Below are positions 13,393-21,327 of a DNA stretch of 36,012 bases, in pieces. The translations under genes and the position numbers were made by a program. Source of the DNA: Patescibacteria group bacterium (GTDB lineage Bacteria; Patescibacteriota; Minisyncoccia; Phycocordibacterales; Phycocordibacteraceae); NCBI GenBank assembly GCA_040390955.1, contig JAZJXK010000012.1, forward strand, positions 1 to 36,012, written 5' to 3'. Each line of letters begins with the position of its first letter. The first letter of the stretch is position 1. Below the pieces are notes generated by a model that was given only the letters and a program-made list of their open reading frames with translations, did not search any database and was not told the origin of the DNA.

Positions 13393-15357
13393 ATGAATAC
13401 TCCTCACGTTCCATCAAGACACTCTAACCAAGAACCGAAAGACAGGCCGTCCCGCGGTCCCCTCGGCGCACGCACGCACCGCGCGCGCCCATTCACTGGC
13501 GTACCACGAAGCGGCGGTGCTAGGCCTTCTCGCCCTCCTTCAGGCAATGGCCGAGGACGGGGTCAGCGCTCTCGCGCACACTCACGCCCTATGCGTGCAA
13601 CTCCCCCACCACGCGAACCTTCAGTTCGCGATATGAACGCGCAAGACCGCGTAGTACTTCCTCCTTTGAATGAAGACACGGTGCGTATTATTCCTATCGG
13701 TGGTGTTGAAGAAGTTGGCCGCAACATGGTCATCTTTGAATTACCACAAGGCATCATCATTTCTGACGTTGGATTCCAATTCGTTTCGGAAGAATCAACG
13801 CCAGGCGTCGACTACATTCTCCCAAACACTCGCTACCTTGAAGAAAATAAAGACCGCATACTCGGCGTCTTTATTACGCACGGCCACCTCGACCACATTG
13901 GCGGTATCCCCTACATCATTGACCGCATTGGCAATCCACCAATCTATACGCAATACCTCACGTCGCTCATGATTAAGCGCCGTCAAGAAGAATTTCCGCA
14001 CCTTGCAGAGATTAATCTTAAAGTCATTGAGCCAGGCGGTAGTGTGTCACTCAGTTTGCCTGGAGGAGAGCCAGTGATTGTAAAAACATTCCCGGTCACC
14101 CACTCTATTCCAGATGCAATGGGGCTTTCAGTGCAAACCAAACACGGCAACATTGTGATTTCCGGCGACCTTCGTCTTGAACACGAAGACGGCATTCCTA
14201 CGCCTAAAGAAGAAAAAACATGGGGTGCAATTGGGCGCGATAAGAATCTTATATTCATCGCCGACTCAACCAACGCGGAGCGTGATGGCTTTTCAATTCC
14301 AGAGTCTCGCGTCTACACAACCCTTGAAGACATCATCAAGTCAGTAAAGGGACGTCTCATCATCGGCACCTTCTCTTCGCAATTCGAGCGTATGATCCAT
14401 ATCATTAAGGTGTCTGAAAATCTTGGTAAGAAAATCATCACTGAAGGACGCTCAATCAAGACCAACATTGAAATTGCACAGCGCGCAAACATCTTCACAC
14501 CAAAGCCCGGCACGATGATTCGCGCAGAGGATATAAACGACTACCCTGCTGACCGCATTGTCATCATTGCAACAGGCTCACAAGGTGAAGACACCGCAGC
14601 CTTGATGCGCATTGCAACAAAAAAGCACAAGAACATTACATTTACTGATCGCGACACCATTATTCTTTCCTCATCAGTCATTCCAGGAAACGAAGTGCGC
14701 GTGCAGAAACTTAAAGACAATTTACTTCGTCACAACGTAAACCTCATCCATTACCGCTCTTCGGATGTGCACTCAACGGGACACGGCAACACGGGAGAAC
14801 TTGTGTGGATGCGCAAGCAAGTGAATCCAACATTCTTTATGCCTTCATACGGCTTCTTCTCGATGCTCAAATATCACGCAAATGCGCAAATTGCTGCAGG
14901 ATTCCCAAAGGAGAATGTTGTCCTTCCTGACAACGGCAGTGTCATTGAAATTACTAATGGCACCACCATGACCGTGCGCAAAGAAAAAGTACCTGCAAAC
15001 CCAATGATGGTAGATGGATTTTCTATTGGCGATATGCAAGAAGTCGTTATACGCGACCGCCAGTCACTTGCACAAGACGGCATGTTCGTCATTATTGCAA
15101 CGGTAAATCTTCGCACTGGCACATTAAAGAAATCGCCCGACATCATTTCTCGTGGTTTTGTGTACCTTCGTGAATCACAAGGACTTCTTTCAGAAACAAG
15201 ACTCTTGATAAAGAAAACCACCGAAGACTTGGCTGCAAACATGAATCCTGTTGATCTTGAATACATCAAGACAAATCTCACTGATACCGTGGAGCGCTAC
15301 CTCTTCCAGAAAACCTCCAAGCGCCCAATGGTCATTCCAGTCTTGATAGGAGTCTAA
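13393..15357 (+). CDS. rnj: Ribonuclease J (metallo-beta-lactamase/beta-CASP) with an ~85-aa Arg/Pro/Gly-rich N-terminal extension
   Basis: IIPIGGVEEVGRNM, HGHLDHIGG, beta-CASP motifs and DVHSTGHG. The N-terminus is low-complexity (RGPLGARTHRARP...GRGRGQRSRAHSRP). Confidence 0.93.
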   Translation: MNTPHVPSRHSNQEPKDRPSRGPLGARTHRARPFTGVPRSGGARPSRPPSGNGRGRGQRSRAHSRPMRATPPPREPSVRDMNAQDRVVLPPLNEDTVRIIPIGGVEEVGRNMVIFELPQGIIISDVGFQFVSEESTPGVDYILPNTRYLEENKDRILGVFITHGHLDHIGGIPYIIDRIGNPPIYTQYLTSLMIKRRQEEFPHLAEINLKVIEPGGSVSLSLPGGEPVIVKTFPVTHSIPDAMGLSVQTKHGNIVISGDLRLEHEDGIPTPKEEKTWGAIGRDKNLIFIADSTNAERDGFSIPESRVYTTLEDIIKSVKGRLIIGTFSSQFERMIHIIKVSENLGKKIITEGRSIKTNIEIAQRANIFTPKPGTMIRAEDINDYPADRIVIIATGSQGEDTAALMRIATKKHKNITFTDRDTIILSSSVIPGNEVRVQKLKDNLLRHNVNLIHYRSSDVHSTGHGNTGELVWMRKQVNPTFFMPSYGFFSMLKYHANAQIAAGFPKENVVLPDNGSVIEITNGTTMTVRKEKVPANPMMVDGFSIGDMQEVVIRDRQSLAQDGMFVIIATVNLRTGTLKKSPDIISRGFVYLRESQGLLSETRLLIKKTTEDLAANMNPVDLEYIKTNLTDTVERYLFQKTSKRPMVIPVLIGV

Positions 15358-15367
15358 CCCTTCGCCT

Positions 15368-15544
15368 ATGTCGTACTTCAGCTTTGAGAGCGGTCCCATA
15401 CCGCGGTGCTTTCGCCACCCCACGGTATTTGCATCATACAAAGTTGAACGCGGGGGTAGCGTTGCGTACGTATGCAACTGGTGCGCCCTTGATAAATGGA
15501 AGGGTGCCAAAATCAAAAAGTTAAAACCAAGAAAAATCCCCTAA
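15368..15544 (+). CDS. Small Cys/His protein, 58 aa, possibly a zinc ribbon: MSYFSFESGPIPRCFRHPTVFASYKVERGGSVAYVCNWCALDKWKGAKIKKLKPRKIP
   Basis: My own translation; it is below the track cutoff. It starts 10 nt after the rnj stop and ends 12 nt before a strong terminator. It has a CxxH...CxxC pattern and a basic tail. Confidence 0.45.
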   Translation: MSYFSFESGPIPRCFRHPTVFASYKVERGGSVAYVCNWCALDKWKGAKIKKLKPRKIP

Positions 15545-15556
15545 TCTTCGACCCTT

Positions 15557-15586
15557 TGTGCAACCTCCGTAGGTTGCACATATTTT
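15557..15586 (+). terminator. Intrinsic terminator after rnj and the small ORF
   Basis: TGTGCAACCT-CCGT-AGGTTGCACA (10 bp) followed by TATTTTA. Confidence 0.75.
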
Positions 15587-15679
15587 AGCGCGAGCACTCC
15601 AGTCGAGGACGAACGAGGTCTCTAGAGGAGAGACCAAATCTTTCGTGGATAGGAGCGCGAGCGAGGTACAATACAGCGA

Positions 15680-16828
15680 ATGAAATACTTCGCCGCAAAC
15701 GCAATTCACGTTGGAAACTTTCTCCGAGCAGTTGGAGTCTATCTTCCCTACTTCATCTACTCAACATTTCTCGCGCATTTCGTACCTGAATCTGCCGTAG
15801 GGCTTATCTTTTCGGGAGCCTCAATTCTTGCTGGATTTGCAATGCTTGAGACTCCGCACCTGTTTCGTAGATGGAGAACGCACCGCGTACTCATTGGAGC
15901 CGCATGCGCTGCAGCGCTTGCACTCATAGGGCTTTCATTCAAACTGTCCGTTATATTTGTGATGCCGCTTTTTATTATTGCTTGGATTTCAGGCTGGATC
16001 GTGGCGCTCGCACTCGATGTAATTCTTGAAAAAATCGTAGGAGAAAACGAAGATAGTACCGGCTCCACGCGGGCAATCTTCCTTACTGCGAGCAACATGG
16101 CGGTTGCCATAGCTTCGCTTATCCTTGCAGCTGCACTCACGAATGGCGATTACTGGAGGATATTCATCATGGCAGCAGGCGCATTCCTCGCATGCGCCTA
16201 CATAGCACTGAGATTCTTCGGAGGTATCACCCACGTAGAGCACACCAACATAAAACTAAGAGAAGCGATAGGATCAATTTTAAAAAACCGTTCTCTCACA
16301 GCAGTCATGGGTGCAAACTTCTTACTGCAACTCCTCTTCATATGGAGCGGTATCTACATTCCGCTCTATCTTCATAACCATGCCCACTTGCCGTGGGGTA
16401 CAATTCTCGCCTTTTCAATGCTCCCTTTCATTTTACTCCAAGTGCCCATTGGATTTTTGGCCGACAAAAAATTTGGAGAAAAAGAATTCATTGTTGCAGG
16501 ATTTGTACTTTCAGGCCTTGCATTCATCGCGCTTTCATTCGCACATGGCGCAAGCATCCTTACCCTTGCACTCCTCGTCATCAGCACGCAAGTAGGTGCA
16601 GCACTTCTAGAAATTGCTACGGAAACATATTTTTTCAAAAAAGTTGGCGCACAAGATAGCGAACTTATTAGTGTCTTTAGAGTCCTTCGACAATGCGGCG
16701 TCATCATTGGCCCTATTGTTGGCAGTATTGTTCTTTTTTATGCGCCATTTGAATATGTGTTTGCTGTTTTCGGACTCATACTATTTCTTGGTATTCCACT
16801 TTCACTCCGAATCAAAGACACGCTTTAG
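15680..16828 (+). CDS. MFS transporter
   Basis: 382 aa with about 12 predicted hydrophobic helices and a loop 2-3 like FRRWRTHR. A -10 TACAAT (15667-15672) lies 7 nt upstream of the ATG. Confidence 0.85.
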   Translation: MKYFAANAIHVGNFLRAVGVYLPYFIYSTFLAHFVPESAVGLIFSGASILAGFAMLETPHLFRRWRTHRVLIGAACAAALALIGLSFKLSVIFVMPLFIIAWISGWIVALALDVILEKIVGENEDSTGSTRAIFLTASNMAVAIASLILAAALTNGDYWRIFIMAAGAFLACAYIALRFFGGITHVEHTNIKLREAIGSILKNRSLTAVMGANFLLQLLFIWSGIYIPLYLHNHAHLPWGTILAFSMLPFILLQVPIGFLADKKFGEKEFIVAGFVLSGLAFIALSFAHGASILTLALLVISTQVGAALLEIATETYFFKKVGAQDSELISVFRVLRQCGVIIGPIVGSIVLFYAPFEYVFAVFGLILFLGIPLSLRIKDTL

Positions 16829-17715
16829 TCCGAAAGTGCATACTTGAACTTTCGTAGCGTAACGAAGCCTTCCTGTATAAGCCTTTTTAGTTGTGCAGAG
16901 ATTCGGCGATTCTGAAACGGAAGCATGTCCAACTCTTTAGGGGTGAGAGGTTTTTTAGACAGCTCCCGAAGTAAAGCACCACGAATTTCCCTATCAGAGC
17001 CTTTGAAAGGTTTTTGGCGTGTGTGGTGAACACTCTTCCGTGAGGGATTCGGAAACGTTTTTTTCAAATAACTCCCATAATCCATGAGTGCTGCATACCA
17101 CTCCCGTGAATTCTTTTTATCCAAAAACTCACCCATATATGGGTGTAAATCTTCATCACTCACCACAACTTTATTTGGAAAAAAGTGATGAATAAAAACG
17201 CTACGGATGTTGGTTTCAATCATTACCTCCGGTTCATTCCATGCAAACACACGTACTGCCTTCGCAGTGTACTCACCCACTCCTCTCAAATTCAAAAGAT
17301 CTATATATGTTCGAGGAATCTTGCCATCATATTTCACTACAACTTCTTTTGCAGCCTCATGGAGCATTTTCGCGCGACGGTTATAACCTAAGCCCTGCCA
17401 CTCACGGAGGACGTCACCAAGCGATGCATCGGCAAGCGCACGCACTGTCGGGAACTTTTTCAAAAACGCTTTGTATTTCGGAATGACCCTGTCCACCTGT
17501 GTCTGCTGGAGCATTATTTCAGAGACAAGAATCCGATACGGATTCTTTGTTTTTCGCCACGGCAAACCACGAGCGTGCACTTTATAGAACGCACGAACGA
17601 GAGCGGAAAAACTCTTATGCTGCTTTAGGCCACCTCTCTCCGGCTTTTGGCCAGATTTTAGTGAGCGGATGTTCTTTGCAGTCATGCTTGTTGGCTTTAC
17701 AGACATACCGTCCAT
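16825..17715 (-). CDS. HhH-GPD DNA glycosylase, MutY-like (A/G-specific adenine glycosylase family), lacking Fe-S cluster cysteines and a NUDIX-type C-terminal domain
   Basis: GLPWRKTKNPYRILVSEIMLQQTQVDRV, GLGYNRRA and LRGVGEYTAKAV. The start is uncertain (in-frame ATGs at 17715, 17706 and 17685), and all candidates overlap the nth 3' end. Confidence 0.8.
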   Translation of the reverse strand: MDGMSVKPTSMTAKNIRSLKSGQKPERGGLKQHKSFSALVRAFYKVHARGLPWRKTKNPYRILVSEIMLQQTQVDRVIPKYKAFLKKFPTVRALADASLGDVLREWQGLGYNRRAKMLHEAAKEVVVKYDGKIPRTYIDLLNLRGVGEYTAKAVRVFAWNEPEVMIETNIRSVFIHHFFPNKVVVSDEDLHPYMGEFLDKKNSREWYAALMDYGSYLKKTFPNPSRKSVHHTRQKPFKGSDREIRGALLRELSKKPLTPKELDMLPFQNRRISAQLKRLIQEGFVTLRKFKYALSD

Positions 17716-18277
17716 AGAGTACCAGACCGTTGTTCACATACTTCCAGTCTTTTTTTGAAATGAGCGCCTCAAGCTCTTTTGACACTTTTTTCAAATCATC
17801 TGAATCAACCAAATCAAAGCGTTTTGCAAAACGCTTTACATGAGTATCTGTTGGGATACCTTCTGACACACCGTAAAGTTCATTTAAAATCACGTGCGCA
17901 GTCTTGTACCCTACCCCCGGCAACGTAGTGAGTTCACGCTCACTCGTAGGTACTTTCTCGCTGTATTCCTCTACTACCAGCTTCGCTGCTGCAATAATAT
18001 GCCGTGCCTTATTTCTAAAAAATGTTACGGAAGAAATCTCTTTCTCAAACGTCTTGGGGTTTGCTTTTGCAAAGTCACTTGCAGTCTTATATTTTTTAAA
18101 GAGCGGAGCCGTCACCCTATTCACCACTTTGTCCGTGCACTGAGCCGACATCACCACCGCCACCAAAAATTGAAACGGGGTTTTGTAGAGAAGCTCGCTC
18201 TTCGGCTCCGGATATGCCTTTTTGAGGTAGGCAACTATCTTTTTCGCGCGGGCACGCCGCACCGATTGCTTAGACAT
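17615..18277 (-). CDS. nth: Endonuclease III (Nth) family HhH-GPD glycosylase/lyase
   Basis: FQFLVAVVMSAQCTD, LPGVGYKTAHVIL (catalytic Lys) and PTDTHV (Asp). Only two of the four canonical C-terminal cluster cysteines are present (CKANKHDC). Confidence 0.88.
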   Translation of the reverse strand: MSKQSVRRARAKKIVAYLKKAYPEPKSELLYKTPFQFLVAVVMSAQCTDKVVNRVTAPLFKKYKTASDFAKANPKTFEKEISSVTFFRNKARHIIAAAKLVVEEYSEKVPTSERELTTLPGVGYKTAHVILNELYGVSEGIPTDTHVKRFAKRFDLVDSDDLKKVSKELEALISKKDWKYVNNGLVLYGRYVCKANKHDCKEHPLTKIWPKAGERWPKAA

Positions 18278-18755
18278 TGAAAGCTGTAAGATCAGCCAGA
18301 ACTTCTTCAGCGTGGACTTCTGGCTTCACACCCTCGTACACTTTTTTTATAACACCATTTGAGTCTATGAGAAATGAAGTGCGTTTTGTACCCATATAGG
18401 TTCTGCCCATCATTTTTTTCTCTCCCCACACCCCGTATTTTTCAACCACTTCTTTTTCGGTATCTGCAAGGAGTGAAAATGGAAGCTGATATTTTTCAGC
18501 AAATTTCTTATGACTCTCCACTCCGTCAACAGAAACACCGAAGACATGCGCGTGCACACCCTCAAAACGAGGAAACGTGTCGCGTATCATGCACGCTTCT
18601 TTTGTACAGCCGGGTGTATCGTCTTTAGGGTAAAAATACAAAAGCACCCACCTGCCTCTGTAGGTAGAAAGTGTGTGCTCCTTACCATTCTGGTCCGGAA
18701 GCGTAAAATCAGGGGCTAAGGTGCCACTTGCAAGCATATTAGTAACCACCATCAA
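18270..18755 (-). CDS. bcp: Peroxiredoxin Bcp (thiol peroxidase)
   Basis: APDFTLPDQNGKEHTL...LYFYPKDDTPGCTKEAC. A likelier start is ATG 18737 (MLASG), directly after the stop of the upstream small ORF. It overlaps the nth start by 8 nt (ATGTCTAA). Confidence 0.9.
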   Translation of the reverse strand: MMVVTNMLASGTLAPDFTLPDQNGKEHTLSTYRGRWVLLYFYPKDDTPGCTKEACMIRDTFPRFEGVHAHVFGVSVDGVESHKKFAEKYQLPFSLLADTEKEVVEKYGVWGEKKMMGRTYMGTKRTSFLIDSNGVIKKVYEGVKPEVHAEEVLADLTAFNV

Positions 18756-18915
18756 GCGGAGCGCGTGGATGCAAATACCTCTCAGTTAAATCTTTGGCTC
18801 GTTGATCAAGTCCAGGTAATTTTGAAACCTTACCCCTCGCAGAATGATCAAGATCGTACGTATCATCATCTTTTGAACCAAAAGCCCGAGAAAACCAACC
18901 GAACAACCTTTCCAT
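18739..18915 (-). CDS. Hypothetical small protein, 58 aa (MERLFGWFSRAFGSKDDDTYDLDHSARGKVSKLPGLDQRAKDLTERYLHPRAPLDGGY)
   Basis: My own translation. Its stop TAA is 1 nt before the bcp ATG at 18737, suggesting translational coupling. No known domain. Confidence 0.3.
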   Translation of the reverse strand: MERLFGWFSRAFGSKDDDTYDLDHSARGKVSKLPGLDQRAKDLTERYLHPRAPLDGGY

Positions 18916-18939
18916 AAAATAAATAGTTTAAATTAATAA

Positions 18940-20094
18940 TTACATTTTTGCCTTTGCATCGCGTTTCAAGCTCATCACCACAGAACCCATCGACGCAAAG
19001 AAGAGCAATGTAACTGCTATCCAGCCAACGACAGGAACGAACGACGCTAAGAATACTGCGAGTACGCCAAGTACTGTCCACTTCCAATTCACTTTTATTT
19101 CTTTGTGCATTAATTTTGCAAGAAGTGCTGAAGCAATGAAGCACATCAAAATACCCGCAGACAAAAGCGACAAGAGATAGAACGCGCCTAAAATAAACGC
19201 GAGGTACGAACCAACAACGCTAAAGAGGAGCACGATGATGGCAACAGGAGTTACTACCGTTGCTGCAAATCCAATACCCACCATCGGCCAAAACTTCTGG
19301 ACTGCCTCTTTAGAGAGACTGAGGGCAAAGGTTTTAAACGCGTACGTGAGGGCGAGCGCTGCAACAAGCATACCCAAGAGCTTCACCAGCATAATGATTC
19401 CCAAGACGGCGAAGAATACTCGAGCCACATCACCTTTCCCATGAGACGCTTTTACTGCTTGCTTATTGAATACTACTTGGTTGCCAAGTTTTGCACCGTC
19501 TGTGATTGTTGCTTCCGCAGGTGCGCTGTACGTGAGAGTGCTCAGAAGTGCGGTCTTTTCACCAAAACTTACTCCATGTCCTACATTAATATCTACTGGG
19601 CCTGCCACTGCTCCGTTTACTGTCACATCTCCGGCGTGAACCTCTAATTTTCCATTTACATTTCCTTGAATATCAACTGTACCGCCAAAAACGAGCACAT
19701 CACCTGATATGACAGCGCCAGGAAGAATGGTGACATTACCACCCGCGACCACCACGTCTCCCCCGATTGACTGGGCTATAGAAATATCTCCACCGGCAAC
19801 GCGCACATCACCTGCAACCGCTGACAACACATCAATACTTCCACCAGCTGCAAGCACATCCCCTGACACTGGCGCATTAACCACTATCCTACCCCCAGCA
19901 ACCATTAAATCCTTCGCTACAGGCGAAGAGACAGTTACTTGCTCTCCAGTAAGATAGGTATTTTCACTAAGCACCTGCGTTGCGGGAATAAAGACAGTCT
20001 TCCCTGCCTGCATTTGTGCTGCATGAACGTAACTAAGAGGAACGGTTAGTGTAAAAAGCGCTACAAGAGCGAGGGCAAAAGGCATTTTTTTCAT
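18940..20094 (-). CDS. Exported beta-helix-repeat protein (bactofilin/DUF583-like G-D-V repeats) fused to a polytopic C-terminal membrane domain
   Basis: Signal peptide MKKMPFALALVALFTLTVPLSYVHA. About 8 repeats of the type GGxIxVxxxVxGDV. Then about 5 hydrophobic helices. Confidence 0.8.
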   Translation of the reverse strand: MKKMPFALALVALFTLTVPLSYVHAAQMQAGKTVFIPATQVLSENTYLTGEQVTVSSPVAKDLMVAGGRIVVNAPVSGDVLAAGGSIDVLSAVAGDVRVAGGDISIAQSIGGDVVVAGGNVTILPGAVISGDVLVFGGTVDIQGNVNGKLEVHAGDVTVNGAVAGPVDINVGHGVSFGEKTALLSTLTYSAPAEATITDGAKLGNQVVFNKQAVKASHGKGDVARVFFAVLGIIMLVKLLGMLVAALALTYAFKTFALSLSKEAVQKFWPMVGIGFAATVVTPVAIIVLLFSVVGSYLAFILGAFYLLSLLSAGILMCFIASALLAKLMHKEIKVNWKWTVLGVLAVFLASFVPVVGWIAVTLLFFASMGSVVMSLKRDAKAKM

Positions 20095-20101
20095 ACTGTC
20101 T

Positions 20102-20130
20102 ATTATACTCCTTTGAAAGGAGTGCGTAAC
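20102..20130 (-). promoter_or_regulatory. Promoter with -10 TATAAT 7 nt upstream of ATG 20094 (weak -35 GTTACG)
   Basis: The reverse strand reads GTTACGCACTCCTTTCAAAGGAGTATAATAGACAGT-ATG. Confidence 0.5.
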
Positions 20131-20173
20131 ACCTCGGGATTTAGATTCAAAAAACTGCTAAAATAAAGCATAT

Positions 20174-20569
20174 ATGGATACAGATAACACCATGCCGAGC
20201 GAAGAAGAATTGAAAACCCGTCTCACGCCTGAAGAGTACGCAGTGCTTCGCACTGGCGCTACAGAAGCGCCCTTTAGCGGTGAGTATGTACACACCGATG
20301 CAAATGGGACATTCAATTGCAAAGTATGCGGTAATCCACTCTTCACGTCAGATAAGAAATTCGATTCAGGCACTGGTTGGCCATCGTTTGATGACGCAAT
20401 TCCAGGTTCCGTTGAAATGAAGACCGACACGTCGCATGGCATGAGCAGAACCGAAGTAGTATGCGCAAAATGCGGTTCGCACTTAGGACATGTGTTTGAT
20501 GACGGCCCATCGGACACCGGCAAGCGATACTGTATTAATTCCGTCTGCCTTGATTTAGAAGAAAAATAA
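20174..20569 (+). CDS. msrB: Peptide-methionine (R)-S-oxide reductase MsrB
   Basis: Two CxxC zinc motifs (CKVCG, CAKCG), GWPSF and catalytic RYCINS. Confidence 0.95.
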   Translation: MDTDNTMPSEEELKTRLTPEEYAVLRTGATEAPFSGEYVHTDANGTFNCKVCGNPLFTSDKKFDSGTGWPSFDDAIPGSVEMKTDTSHGMSRTEVVCAKCGSHLGHVFDDGPSDTGKRYCINSVCLDLEEK

Positions 20570-20571
20570 GT

Positions 20572-21120
20572 ATGTCTCAAACATCAACCGCAGTATTTGG
20601 AGGAGGGTGTTTCTGGTGCACCGAAGCGGTATTCAAAATGCTCCGTGGAGTTATTTCGGTTGAACCTGGATACGCTGGCGGAACAACAGAAAACCCAACC
20701 TACTACGCAGTATCAAATGGAAACACGGGACATGCTGAAGTAATCAAAATAGAATTCGATCCTACGCACATCACCTACCGCGATTTGCTCACCGTATTTT
20801 TTGGGACGCATGATGCGACACAGGTAAACCGCCAAGGTAATGATGTGGGAACAGAGTACCGATCAGTCGTACTCTATGCGAGCGAAGAACAAAAAAAAGA
20901 AACTGAGACCTTCATACAAGAATTGAATGATTCAGCAAAAGAAGGAAAGCCTATCGCTACAGAAGTTGCACCACTTACAAAATTCTATCCAGCTGAACAA
21001 GAGCATCTTGATTACTATGCTCGAAACCGAGAGCAAGGCTATTGTCAGATAATCATCGCGCCAAAGCTCCAAAAAGTGCAGGAAAAATTTGCTGAGCTTC
21101 TAAAAACTCAAGGCGCATAG
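20572..21120 (+). CDS. msrA: Peptide-methionine (S)-S-oxide reductase MsrA
   Basis: GGGCFWCTEA active site, GYAGG and GHAEVI. Confidence 0.95.
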   Translation: MSQTSTAVFGGGCFWCTEAVFKMLRGVISVEPGYAGGTTENPTYYAVSNGNTGHAEVIKIEFDPTHITYRDLLTVFFGTHDATQVNRQGNDVGTEYRSVVLYASEEQKKETETFIQELNDSAKEGKPIATEVAPLTKFYPAEQEHLDYYARNREQGYCQIIIAPKLQKVQEKFAELLKTQGA

Positions 21121-21228
21121 CTTTCTCCTAGAGATGCGCAAGATTCGAATCGTACACATTTTGAATAATTTAAAATACATATTATATATCTAAATAAAAA
21201 AAACAAGTTGTATTTTTTATACTCGCCC

Positions 21229-21256
21229 TGTATCACTGTAGTACTACAGTGATACA
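21229..21256. repeat. 28-nt perfect palindrome TGTATCACTGTAGT|ACTACAGTGATACA between convergent msrA and the zincin-like gene
   Basis: Seen directly. There is no adjacent U-tract on either strand. Confidence 0.8.
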
Positions 21257-21327
21257 TCAAAAATTGAACCTGTAGTTTACTCCTCCCTGAAAGCTGGAAG
21301 TTGAAACCTACACGCTGGTAGTTTTTA

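Noticed and set aside
15190-15709. Minus-strand ORFs 15190-15516 (108 aa) and 15521-15709 (62 aa)
   Set aside because: The first overlaps the rnj 3' end antisense by about 170 nt. The second spans the rnj terminator hairpin and the MFS start. The plus-strand 58-codon Cys/His ORF plus the terminator explain the interval better.
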